Shown here piece after piece: positions 39,656-51,770 of a stretch of 64,000 bases of DNA (its first letter is position 1; every line of letters begins with the position of its first letter). The notes beneath the pieces were generated by a model. The model was not told the DNA's origin. It did no database searches and saw only the letters and a list, made by a program, of their open reading frames with translations. This DNA is from Octopus vulgaris (taxonomy: Eukaryota), in contig OX597822.1 in the NCBI GenBank assembly GCA_951406725.2, positions 17,236,001-17,300,000 of the forward strand. The letters run 5' to 3'. Both the position numbers and the translations under genes were made by a program.

Positions 39656-41679
39656 TAATGAGGAGGAGGAGGATATATATATACTTGTGTATGTGTGTGC
39701 ATGAACACATGCATACACACCCACCCACAGTTTCCTTGTAGTCTCTCAGGTCACATTATTCAACCTGATGTTAAGGTATTATACACCTGTTTTATATACT
39801 GTGTCCTGGAATTGAACCAAGAACCCCATAATCACAAAGTGAATTTCTTAATTGTAGGGTCAAAATTAAACAATATTGTTAATCAATTGTTGAAAACCTT
39901 TACTGTTAAATCTGCAGAAAATAGAGAGGCTGGAATAATGGAACAGCTACAAAGGACCACAATGTAAAGTATTTAAAGGAAGCCTCCCACTTATCCATGA
40001 GATTTGTGAAACTACTCTGTTATTCGTATCATATCAAGTTGGGTAAAACCCTGAAACTGATAATGAATAAACTTTTTCCTCTAAAATTAATGTAGACAAC
40101 AGCTTCCAAAAAAATTAGGTGACAAAGAGAAAAAGAGAGAGGGAAGAAGAGTGGAGATGGGGAGGGAGAGAAAGAGAAAGAGAGAGAGAGAGAGGTGAAT
40201 AAAAATTAACAGAGTCAGTTATCATGATTAGCAGACACCCATTCAAGAGAATATCTACATATTATAACATATTCATGACCATCCTCACTAATGGAAATAC
40301 AACTAAATGAAAAGAATAGTTATTGCAGTTGCTGTTGTTTAAGACCAGCTCAGCCTGACTTGGAAGAGACAAAAGCCTTCCAGCTGTGATCATCTCATAA
40401 AATGAATTTAGTGAATTATTCAATGAGTTATTCCTTCTATAATGAGTGATCTGAAGGCAATTTAGCTGCTATTTCTATTAAGACAAATAACTGAAAACTC
40501 ACTCTCTTGTTAGCTCAGGCAATAATTATTTTCAAAATATGAGTGTTGATTCCATAATTACTTACATAACACTTATCAAACAACTAATAACTCTGTGAAG
40601 AAAATTTTTTTGAACTGCTTCAGGTTCAAGTCTTTTCTGTCATCTATTTCCTTTCTATAATTTGTAAATACATGACAAACCTTTATATTCTGCTATATCA
40701 TTCAGCTAAACATGTAAACAAAAAGATTGGTATAATGTGTATGTGAAAACTCAAGATAAATTTGACCCTTAAAATATATTTTAGAAAGCCTGCACTGTGG
40801 AACCTTAAATATCTTATTTATTCTCTTCAAACACGTATAAAAATAGAAAGGCAATTATTTGGATATGTTTCATAGCTTGTTGGTTACTCATCAGAGGACA
40901 AGTACTTCTTCTGCTCATGAAGAGAAATTATAGCAATTGTTAATTGCATCAAACACAAACCCAAACTGGAGACATTACACCCTGTGTGTATTTGTACTGC
41001 CTCAGCAAGCAACCATTAAGCAAATTCCTTTTAAACAAACACACTGGAGTGGCTAGTGGAAATAAAATCTAGCCCACAAGTTATACAAAGGGTTTTTTCA
41101 GTAACACAAGGCTAACTTATTTACAACCAAAAATGTACAAAACATTATTCCTTCTTTATATTTCAAATTTGACAGGTACAAATTTTTAACATTAAATCAT
41201 AACAAAATATTAAGACTTTTATAATGTAAAATTTATAAATAACAAAAAAGAAGAAAAAACTGTCTTTTATTAGCACTATTCAAAAATCTATAATCTTTCA
41301 ATTTGTAATACTTTGTACAAGGGTAGATGATTGACAAAAATCATTACTGTTGGACAAAATGCTGATCAGTATTTATTCAGGGTTTAAGACACTGAGTTCA
41401 AATTCTGTTGAGTTTCACTTTATTTCTGTGGGGTTTGTAAAATAGGTGTTAGAAATCAATATTTTGTACACAGAATTTTTCAATTCTTATTTTGTGTCAG
41501 TTTAGTACCATAAGACAGTATCACTGGTCCAAACAGTGGAGGTAGTGTTAAAAAAAATATAAAATGACCAAACTATGATGGGAAAAATAAAGAAAGTAAA
41601 GAATGACAAAAAAAAGGTGAGTGGGGATTAATATAAAATCAGATACCAACTTAAAAAGCTAAGCATGGTTGTTGGTAAT

Positions 41680-42335
41680 TAGACAAACAGTAACTTATAT
41701 TGAATACTCAAGCGGAAATATATTTAGATACAGATATATTAGTAAAATAAAACAAAAGGAATCAAATACAAAGGTAGATGGACAGAAAATTGAACAAGTA
41801 AAAAATGTCAAGTATTTGGGAGAAATAATAAATCAAGAATATTGCCACAAAGTTATTCAAAAAATAAATAAGGCTCAAACAACATTTGTAAGAATGAGAA
41901 AGATCTTCACCCCAAAAGACATAATTCTGCCTTTAAGTTTGAAGTTTGTAAACTGTTATATTAGATGAATGAATTATTGTCTAGAAAGCAGCATCTTGGA
42001 CCATGCACACAGTTATGGAGAACAAAAGGCAGAGCCTTTGAGATGTAAATCTTTTACAGACGGTACAGATTAAACCAGAAAAACAGAGTAGAAAATGCAC
42101 CTCGAGTCAAGAATCAAGTCCACAAAGCTATCCTGTTTTGGACATACAATGCTGCATGAGTCACTGCTCAAGACTGTCCTGATGGGAAGAATTGCAGATA
42201 AGTGAGCAAGAGGCCACCAAAGACATTTGTGTACTGGTGACATCAAAGAATGCACTGGAAACAAGAGCCTGCCCGAAGTAACTGGAGAGTCTTGGCAAAC
42301 AAACCCCTGGACACAGGGAGAATGCCTGACTGATG
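41680..42335 (+). mobile_element. Decayed RTE-type LINE 3' fragment (different subfamily)
   Basis: Reads VDGQKIEQVKNVKYLGEII, INKAQTTFVRMRKIFT, KLSCFGHTMLHESLLKTVLMGRIADK*ARGHQR, with a (TGAC/TGA) tail. Confidence 0.75.
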
Positions 42336-44334
42336 ACTGATAGTACTGAGTAAATAGTAAATATATTGGAAAAGACTAAAGAGAGAGAAACAATACTGAA
42401 AATTGAAGCCAGGACGAGTAAAGCACATGTTAATAATTCTTGAATATTGCAAAGTATGTCACTTAAATATATGTAATTAATAATTTTTTTTTTCTACTTA
42501 AAAGGAAAGTAAATATATAAACAGTTCTAACAAGTATAATCCATTTGCTTTCATGTAATCTAAAGATTCCATAGAAGTTTGATTTACATAGAGTAAGTAT
42601 ACAGCCACAAGTCTCTTGAAATATAGATTATTATGTCTATAATAGATTTGCTATAACAGAGGTGAATTGTTAATAAATTAGATATTAGGAATCTTAATTC
42701 ATATACTTAGAGACTTTTCAATGGAGATATTTTCAACAAATTATTGAACTTTAAATACATGGTCTTTAAACGTGCATACTTAAACATTTAAAATAAATAC
42801 ACTTTATCATTAGCTAACACACAACTGTAATGAAAATAAATGATTTATTCTGGTTTTATTTAAAGCTTAAATAGAAGAGAATATTCAAAATCAATTCAAC
42901 TCTTCCAGATAGTATTGCAAAGTCTTTGTAATATATTTCATGGTTTGATTCACGGAGCAGGAACACACACAAAAGATTTTTAGCAATAATCTGAAGAATT
43001 AAGAAATACAGGAAACATTCTGTATATCTCACTAGTTTTAAATTGGTTGAATTAGAAATTCAAACTGCCAACGCCGCCATGATATAATGCTAAAGCTTTT
43101 GTTCCATTGAATTTATTGAGAATATTTACTGTTTGAGGTGTATGAAACACAAAAACAATTTGGACTACTTTTGTAACAAGATCTGCTACTACCAACAACT
43201 CTCTCTCTTTCTTTTTTTTCTCCTTTAATGAAGAAACATAAAGGGTACAGGTTTAGATATATGAGACTTTCTATGACTATTGATGTGAAAGGTGGAAACT
43301 ATAAAGAAAAGGAAATCAATTTAAAGTATTTAAAAAGATTAATATTTCTGCAATGTATTTGAGAAAACATTCCTAAAAATATAAAACTTTCAGACACAAA
43401 AACACACACATACTCACACAAATACTTGCACACACACACCCAGATATTATCAAATGAGGTAAGAAAGAATGTATAAATATATGCACATTTCTGTATATGT
43501 ACACACACACACACAATCACAGTTGCTGACAGAATTATGCTACTCTGCAAATACTTCTCACTCGCTTACTTTTGTTTAGAAAGAGACAAAATGATGGATG
43601 ACAATCAAGTACAACTTTTAATGCACCCATTATATTTACAGAGAAATTTCTTGAGCAAGTTAACAATTGAAAGTTAAGTTCGTTATAACTACCATATCCT
43701 ACACTCACAATATTCAAAGATGTAATAGTTATCTAATCAATATATTAACAGAATTGAATAAGGAACATATGTAAACAACCCTGTTCCAATTTAAAATCCA
43801 TAGATGTATTATATATTTTCATTCATTTGAAAATTCCCAAAATTATGAGTGATTTATGAAATAAAACAGTATAACAGTACCAGGGTTATCTTCACAGCGT
43901 TATAAGACCCCAGGGAAATCAATGCACTGGCCCCTATAATAGTAATTTATTGACTGTAAAGCACTGTATACATAGGATGAGAATTAGGTTCCTAGACCAG
44001 TGATTCTCCTGAGCAACTGCCTTTGTGTTCATGCTTTAAGATGGCACTGAACAGCACCAAAAGGAGAAAGTGTTGCCAATTTGTAATTGAAATGTAGTCT
44101 AAAGTAATACCATCAATCGGATGCCAAGGAGAAGTTTTTTTTCTTTTCAATTGTTATTTGAAATTTAAGAAATCATCTGCAACAACCAAGGGTTATTTAA
44201 TGTGTAATATAGAGTGTAAACCATTTTTGTGCCTCTTCCACATGTGACCAATGGACATTTTATAGGATATGAATGAATTGAAAAGATTTTTATGGTGCTT
44301 AGCAATTTTTTTTTTCCTTTTTGATTTATTCTTA

Positions 44335-44730
44335 CTCTTACTCTTTTACTTGTTTCAGTCATTTGACTGTGGCCATGCTGGAGCACCGACTTTAATCGAG
44401 CAACTCGACCCCGGGACTTATTCTTTTGTAAGCCCAGTACTTATTCTATCGGTCTCTTTTGCCGAACCGCTAAGTATCGGGGACATAAACACACCAGCAT
44501 CGGTTGTCAAGCAATGCTAGGGGGACAAACACTGACACACAAATGCATATATATATATACATATATACGACGGGCTTCTTTCAGTTTCCGTCTACCAAAT
44601 CCACTCACAAGGCATTGGTTGGCTCGAGGCTATAGTAGAAGACACTTGCCCAAGGTGCCACGCAGTGGGACTGAACCCGGAACCATGTGGTTGGTAAACA
44701 AGCTACTTACCACACAGCCACTCCTGCGCT
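44335..44730 (-). mobile_element. Full-length young tRNA-derived SINE (family A)
   Basis: Minus strand begins gcgcaggagTGGCTGTGTGG...GGTTCAGTCCC (A and B boxes), then gcaccttgggcaagtgtcttct (CORE-like). CpG-rich, with an internal (TA)n. Confidence 0.92.
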
Positions 44731-45434
44731 TATTTGTGACTATTTCAATTTTGTGATGCAAACCAATGTTCTCATCAGCAAAGGCTTGATTCAGTCATTT
44801 ATAGTATACTTTAATGGCTTGTTATTAACAGTTATATAAGCATTTGGTCAGGATTGAAATTATTATTCCCAACTGCCAGAGCCAAACTCTCCAAGACACA
44901 CTGAAGATAATGGAAGAATTTATCATTATTCTACACACATATTCTCAACAGCAGAAGCAATAGAAGAAGTGATCATCAATAATATTTCTTTGTAACTGAC
45001 ATGAGTGTGACCAGGAAATAAGTCAATATCTGTGAAGTCTCTATAACTTTCTTGAAATATATTGTTGTACACTAAACAAGTTTCTGGTATAATGTGTGCA
45101 TGTGCACACACACACACTTACAACAACAACAAGTATTATACAGAAGAGTTGAATAGCAGACAAGGGGATGACTCAAGCACTGGAAATAGGGATTCTGAAT
45201 GTGAATTCAGTCAAATCCTGATTAATTAGTGAATCAAAAGGATGAATTTGTAGACCACTAACGTAAAGTATACTGGAAAATATAGAAACATGAAAGATGA
45301 TGCTAACAGTAAATAATTCTTTCTATTAATAAGGCAAAAGGTCTGGAATTTTGGAGGAGGAGTTGATTACATGAAGCCCAGTTTTCCACTGTTACTTATT
45401 TTATCCTGAAAGGATGAGATAATAATAATGACAA

Positions 45435-45875
45435 TGATGACGATCCCATATGATTGCAGAAGTGGACATTGTAAACCTGATATTGTGCTGGTAGAGATAT
45501 GGAATGAAGTTTGTGCCTTGATCATAGACATCCTATGCCCAGGATACAGCAGAGTTACTGAGAGAGAAGAAGAAAATCTGATTAGATGTGAAGCTCTCAA
45601 GAGAGAAATCAAAAAGTTAATTAAAAGGTATATATTGTGCTAACAGTTGTGGGCGCCCAGGATACAGAGAGCAAATGAATATTAAGAAGAATTGGGTGGA
45701 AATGATAGGAGCACAAATGAAAATAGAGCATATCAAGAAAACAATATTATTTAGCAGTGCAAGAGGTCATTCACAAAGTTTTTGAGACTTGAAAGACGTA
45801 TCACCTTAGTTCATGGGAAGTGAACAGTTGGCACATTTATGACCTCCCCCCCAGCAACAATGTGAGTATGTCAAA
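45435..45875 (+). mobile_element. Decayed Dong/R4 endonuclease fragment
   Basis: Reads HCKPDIVLV...LIIDILCPGYSRVTEREEENLIRCEALKREI (PD..D..K RLE pattern), followed by (TAA)n. Confidence 0.7.
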
Positions 45876-45877
45876 TA

Positions 45878-45909
45878 TAATAATAATAATAATCATTATC
45901 ATAATTATG

Positions 45910-45960
<51 letters not shown>

Positions 45961-45981
45961 TTAATAATAATAATAATAATA
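45878..45981. repeat. (TAA)n microsatellite
   Basis: Seen directly. Confidence 0.97.
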
Positions 45982-46719
45982 GTAGCTGAAAGCCATAGAA
46001 ACACTCATATGACCTAGTGGGACAACAGGGAAAAAATAACTCTCAAAGACTGGAATATCTACAATATCCTGTGAGTATTTAAAATTCTCTTCAAAATAAG
46101 TTAAGAAATTTACAAATTTACATATCTACAGTTTTCAAACACACAAACGATCAGCTTTAAAAACTTTAATATCCACAACTGCCTTGAATACTCATCCTTC
46201 CCTCTGTAAACATCCCTTTTTTTTTCTTCTTTCTAAAAACATCACGCTTTTCTTTGTGTGGACTTACAAAAGACTATCTTTGGTGAATCTTAAAACTTTC
46301 TATAAAAATTTGACTTTTCTTTCCTTTCTCCCTGAATATTCAAATATAAATGTAAACATATACTTTTTATTGCAAAAACACATCTGTTCTCTCTAACTGG
46401 ATATACAGACATCTCTAGAAAAGTCAACTTCAATCTCTACAATATTACCTTTATTTTCTCCCGGACTACCCGAAATATGCAAACATACTTTTTATTGCAA
46501 TAACACAAACGCACATGGAAAAAAAAAAATAAATAATAATGATTCTAACAATAGATTTTCTCTGGTCAAACACAACTCCTCTTCTCACAAATAATACAGA
46601 ACAGAGTAACTCTGCCCTTCCTTAATTTTTCTTAAGGTTAAGGTCACTGTGCGCTGCTACTAGTAGTAGACATTTGACCTCATCCCACCTAAAACAAAAA
46701 AAAATTACATGAGCCAGAC

Positions 46720-47140
46720 TTACTACTACTACAACAACTACTGGTGCTGCTGCTGTAGCTACTACTGCTACTACTACTGCTGCTGCTACTACTACTACTA
46801 CTACTGCAGCTACTACTACTACTGCTGCTGCTACTACTACTGCTGCTGCTACTACTGCTGCAGCTACTACTACTACTGCTACTACTACTACTGCTGCTGC
46901 TACAACTAGGGTCACTACTGCTGCTGCTGTTAATACTACTACTATTGCTACCACTGCTGTTGTTGCTGCTACCACCGCTGCTGCTACTACTACTGGTACT
47001 ACCACTGCTACTACTACTACTATTACTGCTGCTGCTGCTGTGGCTGCTACTACTACTGCTGCTATTGCTACTACCACTGCTGCTGCTACTGCTGACAATA
47101 ATATTGCTGCTGCTACAACCACTGGGGCTGCTGCTGCTAA
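46720..47140. repeat. Mixed (CTA)n/(CTG)n trinucleotide array
   Basis: About 420 bp of interleaved CTA and CTG triplets in a constant phase. Confidence 0.95.
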
Positions 47141-47189
47141 TGATGATAAATGAGGCCCCTGTATGAAGATTAGTGGTTAAATTTTTTTT

Positions 47190-50100
47190 TTTTTATGAAA
47201 CCGTAATAATAATTTAACTTTACTTGAAAAGAAAATTTCTAACAGTCCACCAAATCGCCTGTCCAATGGTTATATAGGAAGCGCACCCGTCAGGAGGCTG
47301 CCAGCTTGATGGCAAAAAATTTTCAAATGGCAGAATATCTTCCCCGGATACAAACCTAGAAGGTCACTTAAACGGGATTTGTCCCAAATTAAGCCCCCAA
47401 AGTTCATCACCACAACGACCAGAAAAGCAAAAAAGTAAAAGAACTAAATGGAACTGGGAAGAATATAAAGAAGTAATATATGCTTATTACTTTGCATTAA
47501 GTAGGCCAACCCAAGAGAAACACACCGCAAACTCCTACGGAATTTGGAGGAGCAGGAATCCAGCTAGCAGACCAAACCTGGATGAAAACAGATTAGCAAA
47601 TGTTAGAAGAGATATCTTAAGAAATACCAGACTCACAGATGCAGAATTAACCTCTATTAAAAAAGTGGTAGAGAATGACCTAAATGTAAGTCAGGAAAGA
47701 AATAACGAAGCTGAGGAGAGGAATGTTGGGCCACAAGCATTGACTGAAAGGCGACCATCTGCCGAAAAAACTCAAGATCCTGAAGAAAAAGGAAAATATA
47801 ATGACCCTAGAAAAAACAGCCCGGAAACTGATATCGAAACAGAATTTGAAGACCACATGTTTGTTAAACAACACAGAAAATCTATCATTGAAATGAAGCA
47901 AGAAGTTCTGAATGAGCTTGCAGTTGTAGGGCATACAACTATGAATGATAGGGAACCACTCCATAAACTCTCAAATGCACATCAACATAAAACACAAATA
48001 AAAATTGGCAACTGCGTTACACAGGAAATCATACAACAACTAAAACCCGATCTTAATAAATTAAATGAAATTATTTACTCTGTCGCTAAGGTAATCGAAA
48101 GACGCTGTTTAACACCCAAAAAGCCAACAATACCAAATCCGAAAAAAAATCAAACTGGAGGAGTAGAATTGAAACTGAAATTGAATCATTGCACAGAGAG
48201 ATATCAATATTAACTGAGCTAATCTCTAAGATCAAGAAAAGGCAAGAAGATTGTGAGAAAATATGGACACTCAACAAGAGAAGAACTAATGTCAGTGAAA
48301 GAGACACTTAAACAAAAAGTTCAAGCAAAAGCTCAGAGAATATGCAGATTTGAGAAAAGAATCAAATTCTACAAACAAAATAAGATGTTCAAATCCAATG
48401 CTAAATCATTTTACAGGGAAATAGGGAAAGAAAAAATAACCATTGAAAATCCACCCCTAATGGAAGAAGTTGAAAAGTTTTGGAAGAGGATCTGGAGAGA
48501 TGAGAAACCATACAATGAAAATGCAGAGTGGATCAAACGCATCCAAGATGACTACAAAAATCTGCAAGAACAGGTATGGGAAGACATCTCAATCACCGAC
48601 CTAAGGAGGGCACTAACGAAGGCTCATAAGTGGAAATCCCCTGGTATTGATAGAGTACCAAATTTCTGGCTCTCATCACTCTCGTCTGCACACAAAATGT
48701 TAGTAATACTATTTAATAGTGTTATGAAAGACCCGGAAAAAACACCCTATTGGATGGCAAATGGTATTACTTACCTCCTCCCCAAAAATAACAAAATGAA
48801 AGACCCAAAAAACTACCGGCCTATAACATGTTTATCTACTACCTATAAGATTTTGACATCTATTCTAGTAGACAAATCATATACGTTTATGGAAGAGAAT
48901 AACCTCGTTCCCACTGAACAAAAAGGATGCAGACAAGGCTCATACGGATGCAAAGATCAGCTCCTAATTAACCGTATGATCCTTGAGAACTACCATAACA
49001 AGCGCAGAAATCTCAGATCTTCATGGATTGATTATAAAAAAGCCTTTGACAGCATACCGCATTCGTGGATTCTGAAATCGCTGGACATTTTCAAAATTTC
49101 TCCTGTGATTTCAGATTTTTTAAAGTATAATATGTCACTATGGAACACGAAGCTCCAATTACATCATTCTAATGGAGTATTGCGCTCAAACAATATTAGC
49201 ATAAACTGTGGAATTTTCCAAGGTGACTCACTTTCACCACTAATTTTCTGCATAGCACTAATACCGCTCTCAAGTGAACTGAATAGAACAGGATATAGCT
49301 ACAAAATTGACAAAAGGAAAATAAGCCATCTATTTTATATGGATGATTTAAAGCTATATGGCAAAGATGATGAAGAGCTTGAAGGATTATTACATACTGT
49401 GAAAGGATTCAGTGATGATATTGGGATGGAGTTTGGCCTTGAAAAGTGTGCCAAAGCCACTTTTAAGAAAGGGAAATTGGTAAAGTCTAGTTCAATCGAA
49501 TTAGATGTCGAAACAGTAATAAAGGAACTTGAGCAGGAAGAAACCTATAAATACCTAGGAATAAATGAAGGCTCTGGTATTCAGCATGCAAGCATGAAAG
49601 AGAAGGTTAGGAAGGAATGTTATAGAAGAGTTCGAGCAGTCCTGAAGTCTGAGCTGAATGCATATAATAAGGTGTTAGCCATAAATTCCTTAGCAGTTCC
49701 AGTTGTTCTTTATAGCTTCAATGTGCTTAACTGGAATACCAGTGAAATAATGAAAATTGACAGAAAAATCCACAAGCTACCGAGTTGGCCAGTATTTACA
49801 TTGGACAATATGTCGGCATTATAAAATCAAAACCGCTGACAAATGGTATAAACACCATCCTGAAGCTGTGACTGAGGGAGAAAATGTGTTGATTCTATGG
49901 GACTTCCCCGTACAGACCAACAAGACTATAAAAGCTAACAAACCGGATATTATTATAAAAGATCAGACAAAAAAGATGTTTATTTATTGACATGAGTATT
50001 CCTTGCGATCAAAATATAGCGGCGAAAGAATTTGACAAGATTAGTATATATAAAGACTTGCTAATAGAAATTGAAAAAATATGGTATCTCTAGGAATGAT

Positions 50101-50405
50101 AAAAAAAGGTACTGAAACCTATTTGAAAATGATTCCAGGCTTACCATCCCTACAGGAAGTGCAAAAAATTATATTAACTGCAACGGCTCATGTACTGAGA
50201 AGAGCATTATCGCTGTGAAAACAACATCGATGAATTTATTTATTTATTAATTTTTAAATACATATTTTATCTGTGAATTTGCGCGTGTAATCTGGGAATG
50301 CATACAATGAGCTTCTCTGCCCTAGGTGTATGGAAAACACTCGGCGAGAAATGGAAGAAAATTTTAAGAAAGAAAGAAGAAACATGATAATAATAATAAT
50401 AATAA
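47190..50405 (+). mobile_element. Near-full-length R4/Dong-clade non-LTR retrotransposon with internal deletion
   Basis: N-terminal KRTKWNWEEYKEVIYAYY...LANVRRDIL (Myb-like), RT, then RLE (WDFPVQTNKTIKANKPDIII; IDMSIPCDQN; EFDKISIYKDLLIEI), and a (TAA)n tail at about 50386-50405. Confidence 0.95.
48253..49824 (+). CDS. Reverse transcriptase portion of the Dong ORF (523 aa uninterrupted; part of a disrupted ORF)
   Basis: KSPGIDRVPNFW, NYRPITCL, EQKGC, WIDYKKAFDSIPH, GIFQGDSLSPL, LFYMDDLKL, FGLEKCA and YKYLG. Confidence 0.9.
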   Translation: MRKYGHSTREELMSVKETLKQKVQAKAQRICRFEKRIKFYKQNKMFKSNAKSFYREIGKEKITIENPPLMEEVEKFWKRIWRDEKPYNENAEWIKRIQDDYKNLQEQVWEDISITDLRRALTKAHKWKSPGIDRVPNFWLSSLSSAHKMLVILFNSVMKDPEKTPYWMANGITYLLPKNNKMKDPKNYRPITCLSTTYKILTSILVDKSYTFMEENNLVPTEQKGCRQGSYGCKDQLLINRMILENYHNKRRNLRSSWIDYKKAFDSIPHSWILKSLDIFKISPVISDFLKYNMSLWNTKLQLHHSNGVLRSNNISINCGIFQGDSLSPLIFCIALIPLSSELNRTGYSYKIDKRKISHLFYMDDLKLYGKDDEELEGLLHTVKGFSDDIGMEFGLEKCAKATFKKGKLVKSSSIELDVETVIKELEQEETYKYLGINEGSGIQHASMKEKVRKECYRRVRAVLKSELNAYNKVLAINSLAVPVVLYSFNVLNWNTSEIMKIDRKIHKLPSWPVFTLDNMSAL

Positions 50406-51630
50406 TTGCAGTAGTATTCTTGTATTAAAATTTTCAGATTCAACAGTAATTTTTCTGATATTTTTAAATAACTGTGAAGATAGCAATTATTTTTGCAAGT
50501 TATAAGATGCACAAATCTTATACACAGCTTCCAAGAAACGATAAAATTTATTGAACTAAAAATATTGAATGTTCAATAATTGATAAAATAAGATTTTATT
50601 ATTAAAATATTAATAAAAAGTATGTTTAGCAAAAATATCTTAGATTATTTAAAATTAAAAATATTACATGAGCCAATGAATTATCTAATATAAAATGTGA
50701 AATAGATTCTTTCCTCAGTTTTATTAAATTTAAGAACAGTGATTCTCATCAAGAAATAAAAAGGATCAGTTATTAACTTATAACTTTTCTTCATTAAACA
50801 AGTCAGGGTAAAGATGAAGATAGTTTTTCAACACTAAAGAACTATAAAGAATAACAAATTCCATGAGGAGATGCAAGCAAGTATATAGGCTGATTGTCCA
50901 AATAACTTTTGCATAAAATTGCTTTGCAGGAGAAACATTCTGCCCCATCTGAATTAGCAATTTTTAATCATTAGTTGAAACTCACAAATTTAAGATTCTG
51001 TTATGGAGAGTGGATAACATTCTTTATTCTAATGTGAGAAAATAAAAATAATATTGTGACAAAATTTTAAGTATTATAAGAGCAAATGGCAATAGTAATA
51101 TAATTGTTGTAAATTGATTGATTCATTTTTGTAGCACCAAATCGGCTCAATGACATGCAAGTTGTCAAAGAAATAAATTAGTAGGAACCGCAGTTCCATA
51201 ACTACTGACATACCCACAACCTAAGTGACCACCTCAGCAGCACCATCCAACATACAGTGGCTGTTAAGGGAGAATGCAGCAGCTTATAAAGGTGCACATT
51301 TTCTTTACTGCCTCTACTGTATCAATACATCTGTTGTTTTCGCTGTTTACACTTACACCAGCCATCACTGAGTAAGGCTGTGATCAAATGTGTTACAACC
51401 ATGACCATCCAATCATTTTTGTATATCTAGGAAGACACTGAGTAATGCTTTCTGTTTGTTTAAGATGGTGGAGTGAAGTATGAAGTAATTTGGCTGCTAT
51501 TTCTAGCAAGCCATTAGATTCTGGTAGTGACCATAGCATAGTAGAGTGAGGTAGATTTAGTGTGCTACAGTTGTTGACCCTGTGCTACCCAACCAAGTTA
51601 ATGAGGTTAGTGTGGATGCTATGAAATACT

Positions 51631-51770
51631 TTTGTGTGTATAGTTCCATTTTGTCCAAACCAGTTATGGGCAAACTGTGGCCTGCAGGACTCTCTGAATG
51701 GCATGACAATGAAACCTGATGATGAGTCATGTCTCATGCAGCCCACTTCTTGAAAAAGGTTGTGCATACC
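51631..51770 (-). CDS. Weak candidate exon
   Basis: Acceptor ttcttctattcagtttagtccAG, open frame (G)MHNLFQEVGCMRHDSSSGFIVMPFRESCRPQFAHNWFGQNGTIHTK, weak donor GTattt. No homology recognised. Confidence 0.2.

Noticed and set aside
44660-44730. Possible tRNA gene
   Set aside because: A and B boxes are present, but it is the head of a SINE that continues into a repeated body. No full cloverleaf.
46330-46510. Imperfect duplication of aaacata(ta)ctttttattgcaa.aacaca with a period of about 130 bp
   Set aside because: Short and AT-rich, probably in a LINE 3' UTR remnant. No further structure.
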